This document shows, in pieces, positions 1 to 6,978 of a DNA stretch of 31,136 nucleotides (position 1 is the stretch's first letter; each line of letters begins with the position of its first letter). This DNA is from a virus (taxonomy: Duplodnaviria; Caudoviricetes): IMG/VR virus record IMGVR_UViG_3300047361_000007, positions 1 through 31,136 of that record. One strand, written 5' to 3'. Made by a program: the position numbers and the translations under genes. The notes below the pieces were generated by a model. The model worked only from the letters and a program-made list of their open reading frames with translations, did not search any database and was not told where the DNA came from.

Positions 1-21
1 GCAACCGGATAACCCAACCGC
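1..21 (+). promoter_or_regulatory. Conserved early-operon 5' leader motif, copy 1 (GCAACCGGATAACCCAACCGC); may be truncated by window edge
   Basis: 18/21 identical to 5468-5488; both copies start 42 nt before the ATG and 29 nt before an AGGAGA Shine-Dalgarno. Confidence 0.7.
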
Positions 22-42
22 GATTAAGCAGGAGAAAAAGAC

Positions 43-345
43 ATGAACGACCTTGATGTAATGTACGACGACCAAGGCATTGTAGAAGCCGCCCTTTCAA
101 TCGCCCGCACGGTTCGCGACGAAGTACCGGCAGGACGCTGGACCCGCACAGCGGTGCTTCCCGGCATCGGCGCTACCATCAGCGCGATGGCAAGCCGCCT
201 CAACCATACCGCAGCGGCGGCAGAACTTAAATCATTTGGCGATTACGTTGTTGAGACTTTCGACAACGACGATCTGGACGGCCTGATTCAGGATTATCTG
301 GTCTGCGCTCAAACGCTGGTCGAAGACGACCGTTATTATAACTAA
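43..345 (+). CDS. Hypothetical acidic phage protein (100 aa)
   Basis: ORF with AGGAGA SD at 30-35; first gene of + strand operon; no recognised motif. Confidence 0.8.
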   Translation: MNDLDVMYDDQGIVEAALSIARTVRDEVPAGRWTRTAVLPGIGATISAMASRLNHTAAAAELKSFGDYVVETFDNDDLDGLIQDYLVCAQTLVEDDRYYN

Positions 346-363
346 ACCCACAGGAGATAAAAA

Positions 364-1035
364 ATGGCTATTAACTTGCAGAATACCAACACCGTATCGG
401 CCAGCAGCATCAAGCTGCTGGTCTACGGCCAAGCGGGCGCAGGTAAAACCTCGCTCATTCCGACCATGCCCAAGCCGGTGATATTGTCGGCGGAAGGCGG
501 GCTGCTTTCTATCGCCGGGTCCGACATCCCGTTCATCGCAGTCAACAGCATGGACGAACTGCGCGAGGCATATACATGGCTGGCTGGTTCCGACGAGGCC
601 AGAGCATACGACAGCGTGGCGCTGGATAGCATCAGCGAGATTGCTGAAGTTTGCCTCGGACATGAAAAGGCCAAAGCCAAAGACCCGCGACAGGCTTATG
701 GCGAAATGCAGACCACGATGGCGGAGGCCATTCGGTCATTCCGCGATTTGCCAAAGCACGTCCTGATGACGGCCAAGCTGGAAAAGTCACAGGATGAGAT
801 GGGCCGGATGCTTTACAGCCCATCGATGCCGGGTAACAAGACCGGCCAATCGCTGCCGTACTTCTTTGATCTGATGCTGGCCCTGCGGGTCGAGAAAGAT
901 GCCGAAGGCGTATCGCAGCGCGGCCTGATGTGCGACAGCGACGGTTTATGGCAAGCCAAGGATCGCAGCGGCAAGCTGGATCAATGGGAAAACGCAGACC
1001 TTGGCGCAATCATTGCCAAACTTGGAGCAAAATAA
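364..1035 (+). CDS. Sak4-like / AAA_24 phage ATPase (putative single-strand annealing recombinase)
   Basis: Walker A GQAGAGKT, Walker B-like VALDSISE, C-terminal AKDRSG; SD AGGAG; two genes upstream of an SSB-like gene. Confidence 0.85.
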   Translation: MAINLQNTNTVSASSIKLLVYGQAGAGKTSLIPTMPKPVILSAEGGLLSIAGSDIPFIAVNSMDELREAYTWLAGSDEARAYDSVALDSISEIAEVCLGHEKAKAKDPRQAYGEMQTTMAEAIRSFRDLPKHVLMTAKLEKSQDEMGRMLYSPSMPGNKTGQSLPYFFDLMLALRVEKDAEGVSQRGLMCDSDGLWQAKDRSGKLDQWENADLGAIIAKLGAK

Positions 1036-1418
1036 TGGACCTTGAAAATCTCAGCCAAAACTGGCTTGACGCGAAGCAAGCCGAAAAGGTCGCAACCGAA
1101 CGTCGGCGCGAACTAGAAGACAAATTGCTTTCGTTAATCGGCGTTGCCGAAAATATGGAGGGTACTGAAAATGTTGAAACGGACGGAGGATATAAAATTA
1201 AAATCACTGGACGCATGACCCGCAAAGTCAACGGCGAACGCATCCAAGAAATTGCAGCGGAGGAGGGGCTAACAGATCATTTGCAGAGCCTGTTCCGCTG
1301 GAAGCCGGAGGTCAATATATCAGCGTGGAAAAGCGCAGACAAAGCGATCACCGGGCCGCTACTTGGCGGCATCACCACCCAGCCCGGAAGGGCTTCTTTC
1401 ACCATTACAAAAGGATAA
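1035..1418 (+). CDS. Hypothetical phage protein (127 aa, N-terminal coiled coil) of the recombination module
   Basis: ATG at 1035 overlaps upstream TAA (TAATG coupling), preferred over the ORF-track start at 930. Confidence 0.75.
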   Translation: MDLENLSQNWLDAKQAEKVATERRRELEDKLLSLIGVAENMEGTENVETDGGYKIKITGRMTRKVNGERIQEIAAEEGLTDHLQSLFRWKPEVNISAWKSADKAITGPLLGGITTQPGRASFTITKG

Positions 1419-1422
1419 TACA

Positions 1423-1908
1423 ATGGCTTTTCTTGAAGAAACTTTTGACATTGCCGAAATGCCAATTACGGAGCAGCGCAGCTTCGACCCGGTGCCAGCA
1501 GGATGGTATACCGCAGCAATTGCGGGTGCCGAATTAAAAACCACCAAGGCCGGGACCGGCAACTACATTGCGGTGCGGTTTGATATCACCGGGCCGGAGC
1601 ATCAGGGACGCGTGGTGTTTACAAACCTAAACACCCGCAACCCAAACCCGAAAGCAGAGGAAATCGGGCGAGCGCAGCTTGGTGACATCATGCGGGCAAC
1701 TGGCGTTGCAAAGCTGGAAGACACCGACCAGCTACTCGGCGGCAATTTGTCAATCAAGGTCACGGTCAAAAACGACCCGACCTATGGCCCCGGCAACGAG
1801 GTCAAGGGCTTTAAGGCCGTTGATGGATCGGCACCGCCAATAGCTGCCGCACCCGCTGCGGCTGCACCGGCAGCACCATCCGCAGCCCCGCCTTGGGCAG
1901 CTAAATAG
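1423..1908 (+). CDS. DUF669-family protein, putative ssDNA-binding protein
   Basis: FDPVPAGWY...TTKAGTGNY...GRVVFTNLN...NEVKGF pattern and Ala/Pro tail ending PPWAAK; AAGGA SD before ATG 1423. Confidence 0.8.
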   Translation: MAFLEETFDIAEMPITEQRSFDPVPAGWYTAAIAGAELKTTKAGTGNYIAVRFDITGPEHQGRVVFTNLNTRNPNPKAEEIGRAQLGDIMRATGVAKLEDTDQLLGGNLSIKVTVKNDPTYGPGNEVKGFKAVDGSAPPIAAAPAAAAPAAPSAAPPWAAK

Positions 1909-1915
1909 CAAGGAA

Positions 1916-1947
1916 GGCCGGGGGCTAATAACCCTCGGCCACTTTCC
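1916..1947 (+). terminator. GC-rich hairpin after SSB gene; weak terminator or processing site
   Basis: GGCCGGGGG-CTAATAA-CCCTCGGCC stem-loop followed by only ACTTT. Confidence 0.5.
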
Positions 1948-1971
1948 AACTCAATTAAATGGGAGGTTTAA

Positions 1972-2481
1972 GTGGGCAAACGATCAAACTTTGAGCGTGT
2001 TGAGCGTGACTTTTACCCGACGCCCTATGAGGCAGTGGTTCCGCTGCTACCGCATCTGCCGGAGATCGCGCGGTTTCACGAACCGTGCGTTGGCGATGGC
2101 GACCTTGTAAGGCACCTTGAGCGAAACGGTCATGTATGCTCCCAATCGGGCGATATTTCGACTGGGCAGGATGCGCTGCACATCCATCGAACAGACGCAG
2201 ACGTGTTTATTACTAACCCACCTTGGGACCGCAAAATCCTGCACCCGCTGATTGACTCGCTGCCTCGACTTGCGCCGACTTGGCTTCTGTTCGACGCCGA
2301 TTGGATGCACACGCGGCAATCTGCGCCGCTTATGAACAACTGCCGCAAGATCGTTTCAGTCGGGCGGGTCAAATGGATTCCCGGCAGCAAAATGACCGGC
2401 AAGGACAACTGCGCTTGGTATCTGTTTGAGCAGACAAACGATTGGCGCACACCACCTACAGAGTTTTACGGGAGAATTTAA
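1972..2481 (+). CDS. Small DNA amino-methyltransferase (probably N6-adenine)
   Basis: DFYPTP, SAM-binding EPCVGDG and catalytic ITNPPW motifs; GGGAGG SD before GTG. Confidence 0.8.
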   Translation: MGKRSNFERVERDFYPTPYEAVVPLLPHLPEIARFHEPCVGDGDLVRHLERNGHVCSQSGDISTGQDALHIHRTDADVFITNPPWDRKILHPLIDSLPRLAPTWLLFDADWMHTRQSAPLMNNCRKIVSVGRVKWIPGSKMTGKDNCAWYLFEQTNDWRTPPTEFYGRI

Positions 2482-3524
2482 TGACAGCAATACCACCACC
2501 CATTCACAGCATCGCCAATCTGATTGACGAACACCACGCCAGCCAGCCGGACGAACCGCGTCTGCACCTCGGCGGCTCTATGCTGGGCCATCCGTGCGAA
2601 CGCTGGCTCTGGCTGTCGTTTCGCTGGGCAGTGCGCGAGAAATTCCCCGGTCGCATTCGCCGCTTGTTTCGGCGCGGTAACAATGAGGAGGACATTATCA
2701 CGGACGATCTCAAAGCCATCGGCATTGATATCAACAGTACAGGCGATCAGCAGCGTTTTATTAAATTTGGATCGCACGTTGGCGGATCGGTGGACGGCAT
2801 CATTGAGTCCGGCGTTCCCGGTGCTGAGAAAACCCGCCATATTGCGGAGTACAAAACCCACGCCAAAAAGTCTTTTGAAGATTTGGAAAAGAAGGGTGTG
2901 CAAGCATCCAAGCCAATGCACTGGGCGCAGATGCAGGTCTATATGCTTGGCACTAAAATCGAACGTGCGCTGTACGTTGCCGTATGCAAAAACGATGACC
3001 GCCTTTATACCGAGCGCGTGAAGTATGATGCAGAAGCTGCCAAGAACTTACTAGATCGCGGACGACGCATTGCCACGACCGAACGCATCCCTGCTCCGAT
3101 ATCAACAGATGCAAGCTGGTATCAGTGCAAGTTCTGCCCGGCGCATAGCTTCTGCCATAAGGAGCAACTAACCCAGCACGTTAATTGCCGGACCTGCGCC
3201 CAATCTACGCCGGAGGATGATGGCACATGGTCGTGCGCTAGATGGGAAAGCAAAAACATTCCCGGCGATTTTCAGAAAACTGGCTGCGACAGCCATGTGC
3301 TGCACCCCGATCTGGTGCCGTGGCCTGTAAAGGATAGCAACACGCCACACGAAGCCGTGTATGAAATTAACGGCAAAGACATCCGCAACGGTGAAGGTGA
3401 CGCTTACGTTTACAGCAGCAAAGAATTGATCGCTGGTGGCAAGGCTTGCGCTGATGATGGTGTGCAACAGGTGCGAGAAGCGTTCCCCAGCGCGGAAGTT
3501 GTGGGGGTGCGGGATGCTTCGTGA
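2481..3524 (+). CDS. Cas4-like PD-(D/E)XK exonuclease with Cys-rich C-terminus
   Basis: CERWLW, GSVDG, EYKT, QMQVYM, CKFCPAHSFC (Fe-S-type Cys pattern) plus extra CRTC; ATG 2481 coupled to upstream TAA. Confidence 0.85.
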   Translation: MTAIPPPIHSIANLIDEHHASQPDEPRLHLGGSMLGHPCERWLWLSFRWAVREKFPGRIRRLFRRGNNEEDIITDDLKAIGIDINSTGDQQRFIKFGSHVGGSVDGIIESGVPGAEKTRHIAEYKTHAKKSFEDLEKKGVQASKPMHWAQMQVYMLGTKIERALYVAVCKNDDRLYTERVKYDAEAAKNLLDRGRRIATTERIPAPISTDASWYQCKFCPAHSFCHKEQLTQHVNCRTCAQSTPEDDGTWSCARWESKNIPGDFQKTGCDSHVLHPDLVPWPVKDSNTPHEAVYEINGKDIRNGEGDAYVYSSKELIAGGKACADDGVQQVREAFPSAEVVGVRDAS

Positions 3525-5100
3525 TTACCAGCGCCGCACCATAGACCAGCTTTACAAGTGGTTCGCAGATGGTCGTAAAGGCCATCCGTGCATTGAACTT
3601 CCGACCGGATCAGGCAAAAGCCATATCGTTGCTGCGCTCTGCAAAGAGGCAATCCAGACATGGCCGGAAACCCGCATCCTGATGCTGACGCACGTCAAGG
3701 AACTGATCGAACAGAACGCCGAGAAAATGCGCGACCACTGGCCCAACGCACCGCTGGGCATCTATTCAGCGGGTATGCGACGGCGGGATATTGGCGAACC
3801 GATTACGTTTGCCGGTATTCAGTCGGTGCGGAATAAAGCCGACCAGATCGGCCACGTTGATCTGGTGCTGATTGATGAATGTCATCTAGTCAGCCACAAG
3901 CAGGAAGGCGGCTACCGCAAGCTGATTGACGACCTTACATCAATTAACCCGGCGCTGCGGGTGATCGGCCTAACAGCCACGCCCTACAGGCTAGGTCACG
4001 GGTATATCACCGACGAGCCAGCGTTGTTTTCGGATATCATTGCGCCGGTCAGCATTGAAGAACTGATATTTAAAAAACACCTTGCACCGCTGCGGTCCAA
4101 GCTAACAAATCACAAGCTATCGGTTGATGGCGTACACAAACGCGGCGGCGAATATATTGAAAGCGAACTGCAAGCCGCCGTGGATACAGACGATCACAAT
4201 GCGGCAACGGTGGATGAGGTTATCAGCTTGGCCGGTGATCGCAAATCATGGCTGTTCTTTTGTGCCGGTGTAAAACACGCCTATAACGTGGCGGATATTT
4301 TGAATGCTCGCGGCATTGTTGCTGCAACGATTACAGGTGAAACGCCAAAGGCAGAACGCGAGCGGATCATTGCCGATTTCAAGTCGGGCAATATTCAGGC
4401 GCTGACAAACGCAAACGTTTTGACGACCGGGTTCGATCATCCTGACCTTGACCTGATTGCCATGCTGCGGCCAACGCTATCCACCGGCTTGTATGTGCAG
4501 ATGGCTGGGCGCGGAATGCGACCCAAGAGCCACACCGATCACTGTCTTGTGCTGGACTTTGCCGGTGTTGTACAGACGCACGGCCCTATCACAGCGGTTA
4601 ATCCTAAAAAGCCTTCAGGCAAAGGCGAAGGCGAAGCGCCGGTCAAAGCCTGTGAAAATTGTTTTGAACTTAATCACATATCCGCAAAGGAATGTGTTGC
4701 TTGCGGCGAACCATTCCCAGCGCCGAAACCAACTAAGCAAAAATTGCACGACGACGACATCATGGGTTTGGACACGACTGAGATGAACGTGACCGAATGG
4801 CAGTGGCGTCGGCATATAAGCCGCGCCAGTGGCAAGGAGATGCTGATGGTGACGTATTATGGCGCACTGTCAGACAAGCCGGTGAACGAGTACCTGACGG
4901 TGATGCACGACGGGTATGCCGGACAGAAGGCGCGGGTGTCGTTGGTCAAGATTGCCAGCAACGCGGGAGTACACGGCGTAACGCTTGATAACCAACTGGA
5001 CGATGTAGCATTTGATCTGAACAAAGCCACGCCGCCCGCATTGATTAAATTTCGGCAGGATGGCAAATTTTATCGCGTGACAGATCGGAGATGGGGATGA
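3514..5100 (+). CDS. Superfamily 2 DExH helicase (RadD/YejH-like) with zinc finger
   Basis: LRDYQ Q-motif, PTGSGKS, DECH, TAT, QMAGRGMR, CENC...CVAC. Confidence 0.92.
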   Translation: MLRDYQRRTIDQLYKWFADGRKGHPCIELPTGSGKSHIVAALCKEAIQTWPETRILMLTHVKELIEQNAEKMRDHWPNAPLGIYSAGMRRRDIGEPITFAGIQSVRNKADQIGHVDLVLIDECHLVSHKQEGGYRKLIDDLTSINPALRVIGLTATPYRLGHGYITDEPALFSDIIAPVSIEELIFKKHLAPLRSKLTNHKLSVDGVHKRGGEYIESELQAAVDTDDHNAATVDEVISLAGDRKSWLFFCAGVKHAYNVADILNARGIVAATITGETPKAERERIIADFKSGNIQALTNANVLTTGFDHPDLDLIAMLRPTLSTGLYVQMAGRGMRPKSHTDHCLVLDFAGVVQTHGPITAVNPKKPSGKGEGEAPVKACENCFELNHISAKECVACGEPFPAPKPTKQKLHDDDIMGLDTTEMNVTEWQWRRHISRASGKEMLMVTYYGALSDKPVNEYLTVMHDGYAGQKARVSLVKIASNAGVHGVTLDNQLDDVAFDLNKATPPALIKFRQDGKFYRVTDRRWG

Positions 5101-5423
5101 AAACCGAACACGAAGAACAGCGCGAGTTTGTAAAATGGGTTCGTCAGACATACCCCGGCGTCCGCATATTCGCCATCCCTAACGGCGGGCAGCGGAGCCG
5201 CACCACAGGCGCGAAGCTGAAAGCGGAGGGCGTGTCGGCTGGGGTGCCTGATTTGTATATCCCTGCGTGGCATTGCTGGGTTGAGATGAAGCGGGAAAAG
5301 GGCGGCAAGATTTCGGCGGTGCAAAAAAATTGGCTGACATATTTGCAGAGCATTGGCGATAAGGTGATTGTCGGGCATGGCTGCAAAGACGCTCAAAATA
5401 AAATTAAACTTTTGTGTAAATAG
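5097..5423 (+). CDS. VRR-NUC domain nuclease (putative Holliday junction resolvase)
   Basis: EHEEQ...AIPNGG...GVSAGVPDL...VEMK...Q motif; ATGA overlap with helicase stop. Confidence 0.88.
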   Translation: MKTEHEEQREFVKWVRQTYPGVRIFAIPNGGQRSRTTGAKLKAEGVSAGVPDLYIPAWHCWVEMKREKGGKISAVQKNWLTYLQSIGDKVIVGHGCKDAQNKIKLLCK

Positions 5424-5426
5424 GTG

Positions 5427-5455
5427 TTTACACCATTATTAGACTAATGTATAAA
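5427..5455 (+). promoter_or_regulatory. Sigma70-type promoter for accessory early operon
   Basis: TTTACA (5427-5432), 17 nt spacer, TATAAA (5450-5455) in AT-rich intergenic DNA; -35 overlapped by inverted repeat GTGTAAA-N6-TTTACAC. Confidence 0.7.
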
Positions 5456-5464
5456 ATAGGGTAA

Positions 5465-5491
5465 GGGGCAACCGGATAGGCCGACCGCCCC
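5465..5491 (+). promoter_or_regulatory. Conserved early-operon 5' leader motif, copy 2, enclosed in GGGGC/GCCCC stem
   Basis: GGGGCAACCGGATAGGCCGACCGCCCC just downstream of predicted TSS; matches 1-21. Confidence 0.7.
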
Positions 5492-5509
5492 GAACAAGGA
5501 GACGACCAC

Positions 5510-5785
5510 ATGAACATCTTAGACCGCATCGAAGATCGCTTCACCGAGACTAAGGCGGCTTGCAAGCTGTATGCTGACGTGGACAAGGCCACGAAAGCCG
5601 CCGACCGCGAAGTTGACAATCTCAACAAGGCGCACGGCACCGACATTGACTGCGAATACTTTCTGGTTTTCGTTCCTAGTCAGGAGAAGCTGACTGTCGT
5701 TTTCAACTTCAGCAAATGGCTCAACCACTACGGCACCGGCACCTATCTTGGCTGGTTCGCCCAGCGCAAATTCTTCAGCATCTAA
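5510..5785 (+). CDS. Hypothetical early protein (91 aa)
   Basis: AAGGAGA SD; follows promoter; ends just before repeated hairpin. Confidence 0.8.
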   Translation: MNILDRIEDRFTETKAACKLYADVDKATKAADREVDNLNKAHGTDIDCEYFLVFVPSQEKLTVVFNFSKWLNHYGTGTYLGWFAQRKFFSI

Positions 5786-5787
5786 CC

Positions 5788-5813
5788 ACACCGCCGGGGC
5801 TTCGGCCCCGGCA
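5788..5813 (+). repeat. Intergenic UUCG hairpin repeat, copy 1
   Basis: ACACC-GCCGGGGC-TTCG-GCCCCGGC-A, perfect 8-bp stem, no U-tract. Confidence 0.85.
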
Positions 5814-5833
5814 TAAAACTTGGGAGAGAGACG

Positions 5834-6061
5834 ATGGCTAACTTCAAAAAAGTAAACGCGGAGATCAAGGCGTACACCGGCATGGATATCCAAGCCCGGC
5901 GCGGCGACGGTTACGTCTATTTCGACGGCGAAGACGGGTTCGACAAAGTGCCCTCAGTTTATGCCAACCCGGTCACCACACCAACCGATGAAATGACGCA
6001 GTTCTGTCTTGAGGCCATTAACGAAGTCTATTTTGATCTTTTCGGCGCGCTTGCCGAATAA
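5834..6061 (+). CDS. Hypothetical early protein (75 aa)
   Basis: GGGAGAG SD; flanked by the two hairpin repeats. Confidence 0.8.
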   Translation: MANFKKVNAEIKAYTGMDIQARRGDGYVYFDGEDGFDKVPSVYANPVTTPTDEMTQFCLEAINEVYFDLFGALAE

Positions 6062-6062
6062 T

Positions 6063-6090
6063 ACACCGCCGGGGGTTTCGGCTCCCGGCA
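6063..6090 (+). repeat. Intergenic UUCG hairpin repeat, copy 2
   Basis: ACACC-GCCGGGGGT-TTCG-GCTCCCGGC-A, 9-bp stem with two G-U pairs, no U-tract. Confidence 0.85.
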
Positions 6091-6109
6091 ACTTACACAG
6101 GAGAACAAC

Positions 6110-6202
6110 ATGACACGCAAACTACTTGAAAATATCTGCAACCTGTTCATATGGTGCAGCATCTTCGGCCTGACCATCTTTTCGCTGGTGGCATTTGGCT
6201 GA
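6110..6202 (+). CDS. 30-aa single-pass membrane peptide (MTRKLLENICNLFIWCSIFGLTIFSLVAFG), not in ORF track
   Basis: AGGAG SD upstream; TGA overlaps ATG of next gene (TGATG); hydrophobic stretch; translated by hand. Confidence 0.7.
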   Translation: MTRKLLENICNLFIWCSIFGLTIFSLVAFG

Positions 6203-6393
6203 TGTTTAAATTAAAGCAGCAGGTCAGCGTAATCTTGAACGACGGCTCACAAATTACAGGGCAAATTGTTGGCCGCACAATTCAAGCAGAACCTCGTTAT
6301 GACGTAAAATTGCCAAACGGCTCCATCATTCAAAACGTTGCTTTGCATCTTGGCGACAACTCAAACTATCTAATCAATGCAATTGCGCCATGA
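6202..6393 (+). CDS. Hypothetical small protein (63 aa), possibly SH3-like beta barrel
   Basis: MFKLKQQVSV...GQIVGR...RYDV; coupled at both ends (TGATG, ATGA). Confidence 0.65.
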   Translation: MFKLKQQVSVILNDGSQITGQIVGRTIQAEPRYDVKLPNGSIIQNVALHLGDNSNYLINAIAP

Positions 6394-6698
6394 CAACAGA
6401 AGCAAGATTTACACCGGCACAAGTGAAGCTGATGTGCGATTTAATGGATGACCATGGCATGACAGCGCGTGAAGTTGGCGAGAAATTCGGGCTGACAAGA
6501 AACGCGGTTATCGCGCTGCGATATCGCGCAGGTCGCGCAAAGCCGAAATCGCATGACCCGCTGATGGCAGGTAAAAATCAGACGCCATCCAAGCCGTGTT
6601 TACGCTGCGGATCGAATGCGCCGCGTGATCCGGCGTATCGCATTTGTGATGACTGTAAAAATTCAGATGTCTTTGGAGGAATGTATGCAGCTTATTGA
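6390..6698 (+). CDS. GcrA-like HTH transcription regulator with C-terminal CxxC...CxxC zinc finger
   Basis: FTPAQVKLM...GMTAREVG...LTRNAVI resembles GcrA N-terminal HTH; CLRC...CDDC. Confidence 0.7.
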   Translation: MTTEARFTPAQVKLMCDLMDDHGMTAREVGEKFGLTRNAVIALRYRAGRAKPKSHDPLMAGKNQTPSKPCLRCGSNAPRDPAYRICDDCKNSDVFGGMYAAY

Positions 6699-6730
6699 TT
6701 TTATTTCTGTCCCAGATAAGGAACTTAAAA

Positions 6731-6922
6731 ATGAAACAAGGTGATATTGTTTACGGCGAAAACAATCGGCAATGGAAATTAGTGCTGGATAACGGTGAGG
6801 GACTTTGGCTTGCTCATGTCTGGATGCCAGAGTCTGCTCATATTCAAGGCATCAGCCCGCCGCTGCATATTGTAAACGAAAAATACATGACATTGACCGA
6901 ACAGGATTTATCGGTAGAATGA
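6731..6922 (+). CDS. Hypothetical protein (63 aa)
   Basis: AAGGA SD before ATG 6731; last + strand gene before terminator. Confidence 0.65.
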   Translation: MKQGDIVYGENNRQWKLVLDNGEGLWLAHVWMPESAHIQGISPPLHIVNEKYMTLTEQDLSVE

Positions 6923-6947
6923 TGTTGTTAGTCTCTCCTGTTAAACT

Positions 6948-6978
6948 TAGCCCGGCACAAATGCCGGGCTATTTTTTT
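6948..6978 (+). terminator. Rho-independent terminator at convergence of early and late arms
   Basis: TAGCCCGGCA-CAAA-TGCCGGGCTA followed by T7. Confidence 0.88.

Noticed and set aside
930-1422. ORF-track starts at 930 and 1363 (likewise 2442, 3436, 6151, 6695, 22853)
   Set aside because: They overlap upstream genes; downstream ATGs with SD or stop-start coupling (1035, 1423, 2481, 3514, 6202, 6731, 22793) fit better
2481-3524. Cas4-like gene as evidence of a CRISPR-Cas system
   Set aside because: No cas1/cas2 or other cas genes and no repeat-spacer array; context is a phage recombination operon
5788-6090. Hairpin repeats as a CRISPR mini-array or tRNA fragments
   Set aside because: Only two non-identical copies separated by a whole protein-coding gene; no cloverleaf
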